Positions 52,001 through 64,000 of a stretch of DNA of 64,000 nucleotides are shown here, one piece after another. The notes under the pieces were generated by a model. The model did no database searches, was not told the origin of the DNA, and worked only from the letters and a program-made list of their open reading frames with translations. Location: NCBI RefSeq assembly GCF_023055435.1, contig NW_025964013.1, forward strand, positions 2,976,001 through 3,040,000, in the 5' to 3' direction. Position 1 is the first letter of the stretch, and each line of letters begins with the position of its first letter. Made by a program: the position numbers and the translations under genes. Source of the DNA: Haliotis rufescens (Eukaryota).

Positions 52001-55000
52001 AGCTCCGGGCTAGAGTAGGTCTTCAGCAACCCACGCTCGCTGTGAAAAGTGACTCTGCTTGTCGTACGAGGCGACTAACGGGATCAGGTGGTCAGGCTCG
52101 CTGACTTGGTTGATGCATGTCCTTGATCCCAATTGCGCAAATCGATGCTCATGATGTCAATGACTGGATTTTCTGGACCAGACTCGATTATTTATAGATT
52201 GCCGTCATATAGCTGAGATATTGCTGAGTGCGGAGTTAAACAACAAACAAACAAACAAATCTAACAATAACGTACGTTAACTCGTTACTGAAATGTGAGA
52301 ATACCATAGGTCTTAAAAGCAGTCTTGTTTCAAACCAAGAGGACAAACCAAGAGGACAATCGAGAACGTCTATAACTGATCATCAAATCGTACACTTGCT
52401 CTTACATTTGTGCACATACCTTTTAACATTTGCAGCATTTAACCCTTCAGGCCAGTATTTTGGAACACAGAGCCATAATTTATTCTGATTAAGAGAATCA
52501 AACGCTTTCTCAACGAATCCTACGTAAAAGCTTCTACTTACGCTGTAAGAGATTTTTCTGAACAACAGTATAACGTGTAAAAATGTGGTCAGATGTGGAA
52601 TATTTCTTTCGAAAAACAGCTTGCTTTTCAAGAATTTTGTCCCTCATATTTGCCCAAAGCATATGTCTCTGGTTGACAAAGCATGTACAACCTTTGCTTT
52701 GTGTACTATTCAGGGATATTCCTCTGTGGTTATCTGGATTATTAGGTTCCCCTTTTTTTGTGGAAAGGTACAATTGTAGATTTCGAAAACATATTAGGGA
52801 AACGGCCTCTTGAAGATATCTCATAAACATATTGACAATAACGGCAGTATAATGTCCTAAGACCACTTCAGCATTTCAAAACGAAGATTTTCTAGTCCAG
52901 GGGACTTTCCATTCTTTAGAGAATAAATTGCATCGATATTAATATCAACAGTGATACATAGATGAATGCCAGTGTAGTGATCATAATAAAATGTATATGT
53001 ATCAGTACTGGTTTAGTTCTCAAACATATCAGCAGTATGGAAGACTTTGAAATGAATTAAACATTCGGTGGGATTTATCTTGGAATTGGTATATGACTTA
53101 GAGTTCATATTTCGAATCTCTTTCCAAAACTTTGTAGGGTTCTCAGAGATTTGCATAATGTGATTTACATAAATAGCTTTATGTTGCCGGACTTAAGATA
53201 TATGCCTCCGACTTGTTTGCTTATATTTATTCCTAATAGGACAGTTTAGTTTTCTGGAATGCTCATTTCTATGTCGTCTGAACTGTCGAATTGCTCACCC
53301 GCAGGCACGGGTCGAAGATCTTCATTAACCATTTAATATCATTCTGTTACGTTTTTTATGGATAATTGATACACTTCTTTTCATACAATCAGCTGATTCT
53401 AAAATCGAATGTACAAAATCGTTCAGAGTTTTATCCTCATTAACAACAGAAGATCTAATAACACAGTTGATCGTAAACTATCTAGAAACTGAACACTGTA
53501 GTTATCATTCCGAATGTACTTATCATAATGCACGTGGGTAATTCCCAGCTGCTGGCCTTCTGTGTCATCGCCATATTTTGTAAATGAGTTCAAGAGGAAA
53601 TTGATCAGAATCTAATCTTTCACCAACATTCAACATAGATATGAAAAACATCCTTAGAGCAGACGAAGTAATCAGAAACACAACTGCCCTGGCTACTGGT
53701 GTACGTATATTCACCATTAGTGCCACCAACCATTCCACCGTTCACTATACAGAAGTCAAACACGTCACATGAGTTAAACAACGTGCGGCCGAATCTGTTA
53801 ATACTAGTTTCTTGTGAAGTTCTATCTCGTTGGTGGTGTATGTCTCCACACAACACAATATGACAATCTGATACATCGGGTAATAAATCAGAAACAAACA
53901 ACTCCAGCTGATCTATAGCACATGTTGATGGGTTATTATCATCATAAGTAGGACCATGCGGAGGACTATAAACATAAACTAGAATAATGTCAAAATCAAT
54001 TTTAGTCAAACAACGTTATCTAAGATGGTTTTTATAAGTGTGCAAAATTATCGATATCCTAATTAATAAAGACACACATACCACCACAATATCGACCGTT
54101 TTCAGATATTTTGATTGCAGATGGATTAAAACGTACATTTACCTAACTATTTGGTAATTCGTTGGACAAAAACGTTTCAACATGACATACAATGTCAAAA
54201 GTTTGTAAATAATTTAGAAAGTCGCTGTCTGAAAGTTTGCTGATGAGGAAAAGCGAAGAAATGTAGATTCTAGTAAGGTGTTGTGGATTTCAAGACATGA
54301 GCATCTGCTGTCACCGGTGTCGTGAGGAAGATGCTCCTGTGGAAAAAAGACTATTCAGTCTCAAGTTGGTTTCACAGTTTCCCTTGCTTGAAATTCCCCT
54401 TTAATCCTACACTACTTTCGAGTTCCTTTAGATGGTTACGTTGGCGAAATGTGAAATCGTAGGTACAGTACAGGGCTGGCATTTAAAGTCTCCACTTTAT
54501 CATCAGACAGGTTGTTGTTTAGTGGATTCTTAGGCAGTGAACATGACTTACGTCAGATTTGTCCCACGTTGAGAAGCGATATGTTTTCTTAACATAATAA
54601 TGGCGTCTCTTCCGGTGTTTCTTGCACTCAATAGAAATAGCCGAGTTCACTGTCAATACCTGACATCTTATTCTTCAATACTGTCGACCTTTTCTGTCAT
54701 GTCGTCATGCATGATACAGTTTGTCTGTCGGGGTGCGTCCCAGTTACACTGGGTGGCGACTAGTTGAGTTTCAATCTGTCCACACGTGGCTGAGAGTGTC
54801 TCGACGTCCGACGTGACTGAACTAATTTGACTACTAAAATCCGTTTTACAGTACGAAGCCAAGGATAGTGTTTTGAACCTCTTCAAGAGTAGGCGGGCCA
54901 GGGTTAGCTTCTATATCGCCAGAGCAAACTAGCAAATCTGATACAACACCGGCTGACATAGGATGTCCCCCGAGCCAACATAAACCTGGTGCACGGAAAA

Positions 55001-55100
55001 AGTGACCCGTCGTTGATACAAATGGCCTGTCTGTACTGACGACATGACGAACCACAACTTGAAACATGCTTTCTGCTTGTGTCACATTAGTGAAATCTAG
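49010..55100 (-). mobile_element. Decayed near full-length APE-RT LINE (ORF1 with 2A-like motif, endonuclease, RT, C-terminal Cys motif) with nested insertions
   Basis: GDIEANPGP; YVYSPP..IVLCGD..N.FGR.L..YTYTSSQG.CVSDY (APE); KKGEPNNPDNHRGISL, QAVFRKKYSTSDHIF, EKAFDS (RT); CPFC..ENDFHMLVVC. Confidence 0.85.
49572..51434 (+). mobile_element. Crypton-type tyrosine recombinase (DUF3504-like) element remnant nested in the LINE
   Basis: ENENT..KT, ETNTLRSI.SSMERYLR, LGNSSPDSIINTLFFNNTTHFGLR..DEH, RCPIEIYKRY..LRP, SGARK motifs with stops/frameshifts. Confidence 0.75.
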
Positions 55101-55929
55101 TTCATTTACCTGAAACGTCAGTTGACATGAGCACAAAGAACATCTTTTTGGCATATTCGATCCTGACGTGTACAGTGTCGGCATCAGGCGAGCTGCAGGT
55201 ATGAGACACGGTGTAGGTCTTAGACGTGATGCAGGTATTGGATATGACGCAGGTATTATTATTATGTACAGATTAAAATAAGCAATGAAGCAAAGAGGGT
55301 TTGGGTGATCCCGGCACATTCAGGCTGGCTAGGTATATCATCAGCTCCGGGTCCTTTCCCCCTCTACACGCAGCCCAGACAGCGAATAGGACTAGTCCCA
55401 GGAAGAGCTGCCTGGACAAACCCAACCCGAACTTTTCGAAGAATGTGAAGACTCCTCAACACTACAGCCTTCTGTATTACCCAGATTGTATTCCTGTCAG
55501 CAAACCCGGGTACTCTCCCAATGTCAGTCAACAGATTGGGTGGTATTCAACCTAAGGCATCGAGAACAACTTAGTACATGGGATGCAAGCTTGACATTTC
55601 GAAAGAGAGGTCCGCATATTTGCCATGTTTTTTTCCTGAATCGTGTCAATCAGTGTCAAAAGGGACAGAAAATTCAATTATATTAATTATTTCATTGTAT
55701 TTATGAAAGAAGACAAGATCAGGCGTGTTGACCTCGATCAGTCGAACAAGCTGAACACAGGCCTGTTCCAAAGAATTGTGTATTTATTTAATATCAATAC
55801 AACTACAACCACAATGGTTACATATACATATACACATACATACAAATTCTAGCGCAAACACGTGGCATGACGCTATAATGCAAATTAGGTGTCCCACTTC
55901 AGCGAATCACGGTGTATTTATAAAGTTCT

Positions 55930-56420
55930 ATGAGAGCACACCGCCACAAGTATTCCTGCCACATAGAACGCACCGCCACAAACATTCATGCCACATAGAA
56001 CGCACCGCCACAAACATTCCTGCCCACAAGACTGCACCACCACTAACATTCCTGCCAAAAAGAACGCACCGCCACAAACATTCCTGCCAAAAAGAACGCA
56101 CCGCCACAAACATTCCTGCCAAATAGAACACACCGCCACAAACATTCCTGCCCACAAGACTGCACCACCACTAACATTCCTGCCAAATAGAACACATCTA
56201 CACAAACACTCCAGTCCAATGGAACACACCGCCACAAACATTCCTGCCACATAGAACGCACCGCCACAAACATTCCTGCCAAATAGAACACACCGCCACA
56301 AACATTCCTGCCCACAAGACCGCACCACCACTAACATTCCTGCCAAATAGAACACATCTACACAAACATTCCAGTCCAATGGAACACACCGCCACAAACA
56401 TTCCTGCCCAGTAGAACTAA
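55930..56420. repeat. ~32-35-bp minisatellite
   Basis: caccgccacaaacattcctgccaaatagaac units; same family as 63140-64000. Confidence 0.9.
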
Positions 56421-56893
56421 CATTCTCACCAAGGACAACGCAGAGCAAGAAATACCTATTTCAAGTGAAGAACGCAAATATTCGGAAGTTATTTGTCAAC
56501 TATATTTGATATGTCATTCCCCTTGGTTTCATACAGATTGGCTGCAGATGAAATCACAGAAACATTTCTGTTGCCAAAAAGTGGGATTGAAACTTGCAAA
56601 GATACATAAGTGTATCAGTGAATATTAAGTGTGTTAATGTTTACTTTATATATATGAAATGATATGATTAGTCAGACTAGAATAATAATTTGTGCAAATT
56701 CTCTCCATGACATATTTTACATTCCATTTCTTCAACTTAGCCTAGTTTTCCCTCTTATCATTGAGAATAATGCTACCATGTCCATCTGCTAAACTTGTTT
56801 TGTCGCCCTTATCTTTAGTGGAACATACCCTAACGACATAAAAAGACCTATTTTTGTCAATTCAGCTCACGTAGTTGAACAGACGTTGTCAAG

Positions 56894-59800
56894 ATGAACT
56901 CTCTTATTGTCATTGCTTCTCTGGTGGTGCTGTGTGTCGTGCAGGTAGGACGATGACCCTATGAGCTGATCATGATCACATATGCCTCAGTTTTTAACAA
57001 TTATTGTCATGTCTTTAGATGGCATTCAGACGTGATACACATAAGAGGGAGAATTTATGGATGGTGAACTTCTTTATTATGAGGAAAAACAACGTTTATG
57101 CTTACTCCTTCATCGGGTGATGAAAGTTGTGTTCCGATTAATAGAGAAGTTGACATCCATAAATTCTCTCCCTTAATTATCATGTGTATGGACGTTTGTG
57201 TGTAAATAATGCAGATCTAAATAACTTAAATACATAAGTAATCGCATGAAGTGAATGACAAAAAGTCACAACTTGTATGCTAACTTTTTTATTAAGATCA
57301 ATACAATCTCTGCCAATATTAAGCACAGCTTATAGATCCTTTTTATCGTTATGCGATACCCGCTTCGTGATGTTTCCCCTTACAAAATGGACGTATTCGA
57401 AAACCTCACGGTCACGATAACGAATCCCTGTGAGTCAACCATTAAGACGGATAAGATCTGTCCTGCCAACACAATGATGCTGCGTTAGAACCCCCAGTGT
57501 TCATATAAATCTTAGTGTAGATATAGACACTAGCGGTTGCAACTGCAACCATTACTATTCATATAACTCTTAGTGTACATATAGACACTACGGTTGCAAC
57601 TGCATCCCCTTGTGTTCATATAACCCTTAGTGTATATATAGACACTAACGGTTGCAACTGCAACGCCTAGTGTTCATCGTGCATATAAACCTCAGTGTAC
57701 ATATAGACACTAACGGTTGCAACTGCATCCACTAGTGTTCATATAACCCTTAGTGTACATGTACATATGAACACTAACGGTTGCAACTGCATCCCCTTGT
57801 GTTCATATAACCCTTAGTTTATATATAGACGCTAACGGTTGCAACTGCAACGCCTAGTGTTCATCGTGCATATAAACCTCAGTGTACATATAGACACTAA
57901 CGGTGGCAACTGCGTCCCCTAGTGTTCATATAACCCTTAGTGTACATATGAACACTAACGGTTGCAACTGCATTCCAAAGTGTTCATATAAACCTTAGTG
58001 TACATATAGACACTAACGGTTGCAACTGCATCCCCTAGTGTTTATATAACCCTTAGTGAGTGAGTGAGTGAGTATGGTTTTACGCCGCTTTTAGCAATAT
58101 TCCAGCAATATCACGGCGGGGGACACCAGAAATCGGCTTCACACTTTGTACCCATGTCGGAAATCGAACCTGGGTCTTCGGCGTGACGAGCGAACGCTTT
58201 AACCACCAGGCTACCCGACCGCCCCTATAACCCTTAGTGTACATATGGACACCAACGGTTGCAACTGCATCCCCTAAAGTTCAATTCTTGAAAGTTACAC
58301 AAAGGGTGTCTTTGTGTAACTATTCACACTAACTGTTGCAGGAACTGGGTGAGGTTTTGGGATGAGTGTTTGTGGGTTCGTAAGTGAGTGGGAGTGTGGC
58401 TGTTGATGGGAAAGCGGGTGGAAGGCGGAAGGTGGTTTGGGGCTATGGTTTATGAGGGAGGCGGTTAGGGGAGTGGGGTTGTTAGCGTTAAAGGTGTGTG
58501 GGGTTTCGTGTGCACGTAGGTTATGTGAAAGAATTTGTGCTTATATATTTCCTTGAGAACGGGCTGCTTTAATTTTTTCAATGTATCTGTCCTCTCATGA
58601 TTCCTTATGGCCGCCGCTTTTTTTTTGTCAATAGTTTCGTGATGCAACGGATCCTAGCATTAAAACTTTGTGTACCATATGTGTAAACCATCAAGTCGGA
58701 TTGATTCATTTTGGGCTAAAGATCTAAGTCACTAAAAAGCTTTCAGTATGGCATTTAAGGAAACTTTTAGTGACTCTTATATGTGAGTCCTAATTGCTTG
58801 AAATTTGTTTAGTTCCTATATCTCAGAGAAAAATGTCATTGACATGAAAAGTAGGTCACCTTGAACAACATTACATGCTCCAGCTGTGTAAGTGTGTCAA
58901 AGTTGATAATTGCTACAACTTAAATTAATCATTATTCCTTAAACGTTCATACACTACACAAACACTACCTACTACATGAGGATTGCACTTAAATTGTTAC
59001 AACGTTGATCAGAGGTCAAAGTCACGGGTTATATAATACTTATACTTAAATTCCTTTTAAACCTTATATTCATAGAGACACTGTTTGGATAATTGGCATA
59101 TTTGGCCTGTAAGTAAAGGTTTAAGGTTAATTAGGTTTATGTATATTAGCACTCAAGGTCAAGGTCACTAGATGGCTTTCTCTTTGGCATATGACATTTG
59201 CTGTAATATTTGTAATTATTGTGCTAGAATGATGAAACTTGGTAAGTACATGTATCTTAGTAAACTCATTGATATGAAAAGAAAGTAATCTTGCATTAAG
59301 TTTCATGATATGTGTCTATGCTAATATATATGTTTTTTGTTTGTTTGGCTGTTGTTTAACGCCGCATTTAACCATATTCCGGCTATATGAAGGCGGTCAG
59401 ACAATAATCAAGTCTGGATCAGACAATCCAGTGATTGGGCATCGATCCATGCAATTGAGATACGATGGCATGCACCACCAAAGTCACCTGATGCCTTTAG
59501 TCGCCTCTTACGGCATGTATGGGTGACTGAAGACCTATTCTCTACCCCGAATCACCACGGTTCTAATACAATGTAGTACCAGTTAGATCAAAGTTCGAAC
59601 ATCAGCCTATCAAGTTTCAAGTAAGTGTTCATAACACCAATGTATCATAACATCTCTTTGCGTTGTACCATGTGGGTAATAAACATATACGTGTGAAAAT
59701 AGTGTTATGTGACTTTTTGTTTGCAGGCGCAAGATGCGGCAACGACTGCGAAGGTCCATCACCACAGTCACCACTCGCATGCCGCCCACGCCCACACCAC

Positions 59801-61411
59801 ACACGAGCCCAAGGAGACAGAGCACTACTCGTTTACCTATGATGGGAAGACTGTAAGTACAAGTTGTGAGTGAGTGAGTTGGGTTTACCACCGTTTAAAC
59901 AGTATTTTAGTTGTCTTGGGGCATATCAGCTTAATGTGGGAGATGAATACCAAGATAAGGCCGAATCTGATAGAAAAGGGCGACGTCATGTTTGTTTGCA
60001 AACACTGATAGTTGTACCTACCTATTTTTTTAGATTTAAATCTTCATCCGTATATGGCCCCAACGGATACCGATTTTATCCGCTGGATTTATCTTGCCAT
60101 GACACCTACCCATTATATAACAAATATCATTTGCACCCCTCACACTTAATGGTGAAAAAGAAATACCATGCTACACCGAGTTTGTTAACATGTCGTTATT
60201 ATTATTTGTCACACGACGTCGTTCATAATTTGACCATAGAGTTGAACAAGGGTACTTTGTTTTGTTTTGGCAGCATGACATGGTTGTGAAGACAGGACAC
60301 CAGTGCTATATTATGCCATTGACAGACAAACAGAGAGGCATGGTCCACGACCCTGCACAGATCAAGAAAGTCGAGGTAATCCCGAAAGTCGTAATCCTCA
60401 CAAAATAGACGTGATTCGCAAACGTTTGGTAAGAGGTACGAATAATGGACAATAATCCGTTAATATCCGTTTTAATAGTATACGATTTCTTGATCATTGT
60501 TTAGAGGGGTAGTGATTAACAGCCAAATGTTCTTTGAACAGTACAATACCTCATGGTATGTGCACATGTGGGTTATCGAACCTTGATTGTTAAACACTCA
60601 CTCATCTTCTCATGATGAAACATGCATATCTGGACATATTCGCGTTTTGATGGACAGCGTGCATGGATCATTCGCCTTGTTCTATTAAACCTGTTTGGTG
60701 AACGATTATGTCGGTTGGTTGTGTTTTATGCTGATTATCCTATTAAAGTGGAGTGTTGTGTTATATAGAGAATCTCACCCGAGTGTCTTTTGATATCAAA
60801 TATATCAACACGAGTTGATGAAAGTGGGAAAACTCCGAGGCTTGCCGAGGATTTTTTTCCACTTTTATCAACGAGTGTTGATATATTTGATATCAAAAGA
60901 CACGAGGGTGAGATTTTATTTATCATCCAACATCATTCTTCCAACTTTTTCAGTTTGTAGAAAGTTATAAGCAGTGTCTGAAGTGTTTAAAGTACTGCTA
61001 ACAGCTTCAGTAGCACAGCCATTAGTGATGTCATTTGATTGTGACGTCATTGGTCTGCAAAACATTGTGATGCAATGTCATTGCAGCGATATCTACAGTA
61101 TAGATATCGCTTGATCTCACCCAAACGACATCTTTTTGGGAGCCAGTTTTGGATGATAAATGTAGGCTGCTTGTTGGGACATTAAGGCTGCTTGACGGGA
61201 CATTAAGGCTGCTCGTTGTGCTATATACTGCTTATGACATTAAGGCTTGCTGTTGTGGTTATATTGGCCGTCCTTTATGTTATAGGCTGCGGCTCTCAAG
61301 CTGATCATCGACAACACTGTCCAGAGCGCTGTTGACCAGTCTGTTCTTGACCACCATCTTGCACATTTTTGCAAAGGCTCCACCACGATCACCATGCTCG
61401 CCAACAATTAA
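56894..61411 (+). CDS. Gene E: paralog of D, 134 aa; join(56894..56944,59727..59852,60274..60375,61286..61411)
   Basis: MNSLIVIASLVVLCVVQ / AQDAATTAKVHHHSHHSHAAHAHTTHEPKETEHYSFTYDGKT / HDMVVKTGHQCYIMPLTDKQRGMVHDPAQIKKVE / AAALKLIIDNTVQSAVDQSVLDHHLAHFCKGSTTITMLANN*; AATAAA 61489. Confidence 0.9.
57042..57174. repeat. Short inverted repeat / hairpin element
   Basis: gggagaatttatggatg ... catccataaattctctccc. Confidence 0.55.
57490..58280. repeat. ~57-65-bp minisatellite interrupted by a SINE
   Basis: ccttagtgtacatatagacactaacggttgcaactgcatcccctagtgttcatataa units. Confidence 0.9.
58059..58225 (-). mobile_element. SINE family 4 copy
   Basis: 14-bp TSD tataacccttagtg. Confidence 0.85.
60734..61160 (-). 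mobile_element. Non-autonomous Crypton derivative with a long terminal palindrome, in gene E intron 3
   Basis: Ends match both ends of the 49572-51434 element; ~145-bp palindrome at 60771-60915. Confidence 0.7.
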
Positions 61412-61774
61412 ACAACGTTCCACTCATCATATCTCGTCCCTCGGTACCTTTCTGAGGATGCTCATCTGAGGATGTGTGTGAAGGGGTGAAATAAACTGAC
61501 TTTCTGGCACCATGTGTTTAAAATGTTGCGTCCTTTGTGATACACATAAGCGTTAACCTCATACCTGTTCTGGGCTCAGTAACATTAGAGATGTGATATT
61601 ACATAAATTAACTAATTAAAATCAGATCTCTCTCGGGATTAAAACTAGATGTATCGATTCAAACTAAAATATCTGAATTTTAGAGAGAAGGGTGTTAGTT
61701 TGGTTTTAACGCCATTTAGAATAGTCACACCATGGTGTGGCAGCTTGATGTTGGCAAAAAGCCACAGGTATAAG

Positions 61775-62990
61775 ACATGATGCAGGTGTCAGATGTGATG
61801 CAGGTATTAGACGTGATGCAGGTGTCAGATGTGATGCAGGTGTAAGACGTGAAGCAGGTATTAGAGGTGATGCAGGTATTAGAGGTGGTGCAGGTGTATG
61901 GCGTGGGGCAGGTATTAGACGTGATGCAGGTATGAGAAGTTATGTAGGTATTAGACGTGATGCAGATACATGATGTGATGCAGGTGTAGCGGCCATAAAA
62001 TTTCCGAATAAACCCTGGACCTTCTGATCAGGTATTAGACGTGATGCAAGTGTTAGACGTGATGCAGGTGTTTGACATGTTACATGTATTAGACGTTATG
62101 CAGGTATTAGACGTGTTGAGGGTGTTAGACGTGATGCAGTATTAGACGTGATGCAGGTATTAGACGTGATGCAGGTGTAAGACGTGATGCAGGTGTAAGA
62201 CGTGATGCAGGTATTAGACGTGATGCAGGTATTAGACATGATGTAGGTATTGAACATGATGCAGGTGTAAGACGTGATGCAGGTATTAGACGTGATGCAG
62301 ATATTAGACGTGATGCAGGTGTTAGACGTGATGCAGGTGTAAGACGTGATGCAGGTATTAGACGTGATGCAAATATTAGACGTGATGCAGGTATTAGACG
62401 TGATACAAGTGTTAGACGTGATGCAGTATTAGACGTGATGCAGGTATTAGACGTGATGCAGGTGTTAGACGTGATGCAGTATTTGACGTGATGCAGGTGT
62501 TAGATGTGATATGAGTATTAAACTTTGTGCTGTTATTATGCGTGATACAGGTATTGGACGTGATGCAGGTTTTACACCTGATGCAGGTATTAGACATGAT
62601 GTAGGTATTGAACATGATGCAGGTATTAGATGTGATGCAGGTATTATGCGTTATGCAGGTATTAGACGTAATGCAGGTATTAGATGTAATTCAGGTATCA
62701 GACGTGATGCAGGTATTATGCGTGATGCAGGTATTAGACGTGATGCAGGTATTAGACGTGATGGAGTTATTAGACGTGATGCAGGTGTTAGATGTGATGC
62801 AGGTGTTAGATGTGATGTAGGTGTTAGATGTGATGCAGGTATTAGACGTGATGCAGGTATTAGACGTGATGCAGGTGTTAGACGTGATGCAGGTTTTAGA
62901 CGGGATGCAGGTATGAGACGTGATGCAGGTATTAGGTCTGATACATGTATTTGTCGTAATGCGTGATGCTTGTGTTAGATGTGATGCACG
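61775..62990. repeat. 18-bp minisatellite
   Basis: gacgtgatgcaggtatta units. Confidence 0.95.
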
Positions 62991-63139
62991 TCATACAAGT
63001 TATGCAGATATCAGACTGAGTTCCAAGGTGTTATCAGCACATTATAACATTGTTGTTATTACACATTATACACACATACACCTTCTGCAGCAATGCCACA
63101 CTGAAGTGATGAACATCCTCGATTTGTTATGGACGTTTA

Positions 63140-64000
63140 TCAACATTCCTGCTCAGCAGAACACACCACCACAAACATTCCTGCCCACTAGAAGTTAACA
63201 CATCAACTCAAACATTCCTGCCCACGACAATGCACCACTCCAAACACTCCGGCCCACTCGACCACACCACTACAAACACTTCGGCCCACTCGACCACACC
63301 ACCACAAATATTCCTGCCCACTCGACCACACCACCACAGATATTCCTGCCCACTCGACCACACCACCACAAATATTCCTGTCCACTCGACCACACCACCA
63401 CAAACATTCCTGCCCACTCGACCACACCACCACAAATATTCCTGCCCACTAGAACACACCACCACAAATATTCCTGCCCACTCGACCACACACCACCACA
63501 AATATTCCTGCCCACTCGACCACACCACCACAAATATTCCTGCCCACTAGAACACACCACCACAAATATTCCTGCCCACTCGACCACACACCACCACAAA
63601 TATTCCTGCCCACTCGACCACACACCACCACAAATATTCCTGCCCACTCGACCACACCACCACAAATATTCCTGTCCACTCGACCACACCACAACAAACA
63701 TTCCTGTCCACTCGACCACACACCACCACAAATATTCCTGTCCACTCGACCACACCACCACAAATATTCCTGCCCACTAGAACACACCACCACAAATATT
63801 CCTGCCCACTCGACCACACACAACCACAAATATTCCTGCCCACTCGACCACACACCACCACAAATATTCCTGTCCACTCGACCACACCACCACAAATATT
63901 CCTGTCCACTCGACCACACCACCACAAATATTCCTGCCCACTCGACCACACCACCACACATATTCCTGCCCACTCGACCACACCACCACACATATTCCTG
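63140..64000. repeat. 32/34-bp minisatellite (runs off the window)
   Basis: ccacaccaccacaaatattcctgcccactcga. Confidence 0.95.

Noticed and set aside
62412-63993. Multiple repetitive ORFs (also 55918-56448)
   Set aside because: 18-bp and 32-bp minisatellite artefacts

Overview
Repeat-rich animal genomic DNA with spliceosomal introns. The SINE, LINE and Tc1 content looks molluscan, possibly gastropod such as abalone, but that is inference only. The ORF track misses the main biology, which is a tandem + strand cluster of small 4-exon genes. There are five complete copies (A 5109-8321, B 13321-18541, C 21175-26484, D 43136-48214, E 56894-61411), the last exon of a sixth (162-284), and an orphan first exon with a dead donor (3667-3711). 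Each complete gene encodes a 133-139 aa protein: a signal peptide, a His-rich low-complexity arm (Ser/Thr-rich in C), and a conserved ~85 aa two-Cys domain (FxYD...M...CY..L[ST]D....HDP..I...E...C) that resembles a minimal BRICHOS-like fold. All coding introns are phase 0 and exon 3 is always 102 nt. The rest of the window holds an intact DD34E Tc1 transposon inside gene B intron 3, decayed Tc1/mariner copies, and a decayed LINE carrying a 2A-like motif with a nested Crypton remnant. It also holds that Crypton's non-autonomous derivative, a Harbinger-type MITE, several SINE families and many minisatellites, which explain nearly all the long ORFs in the track.
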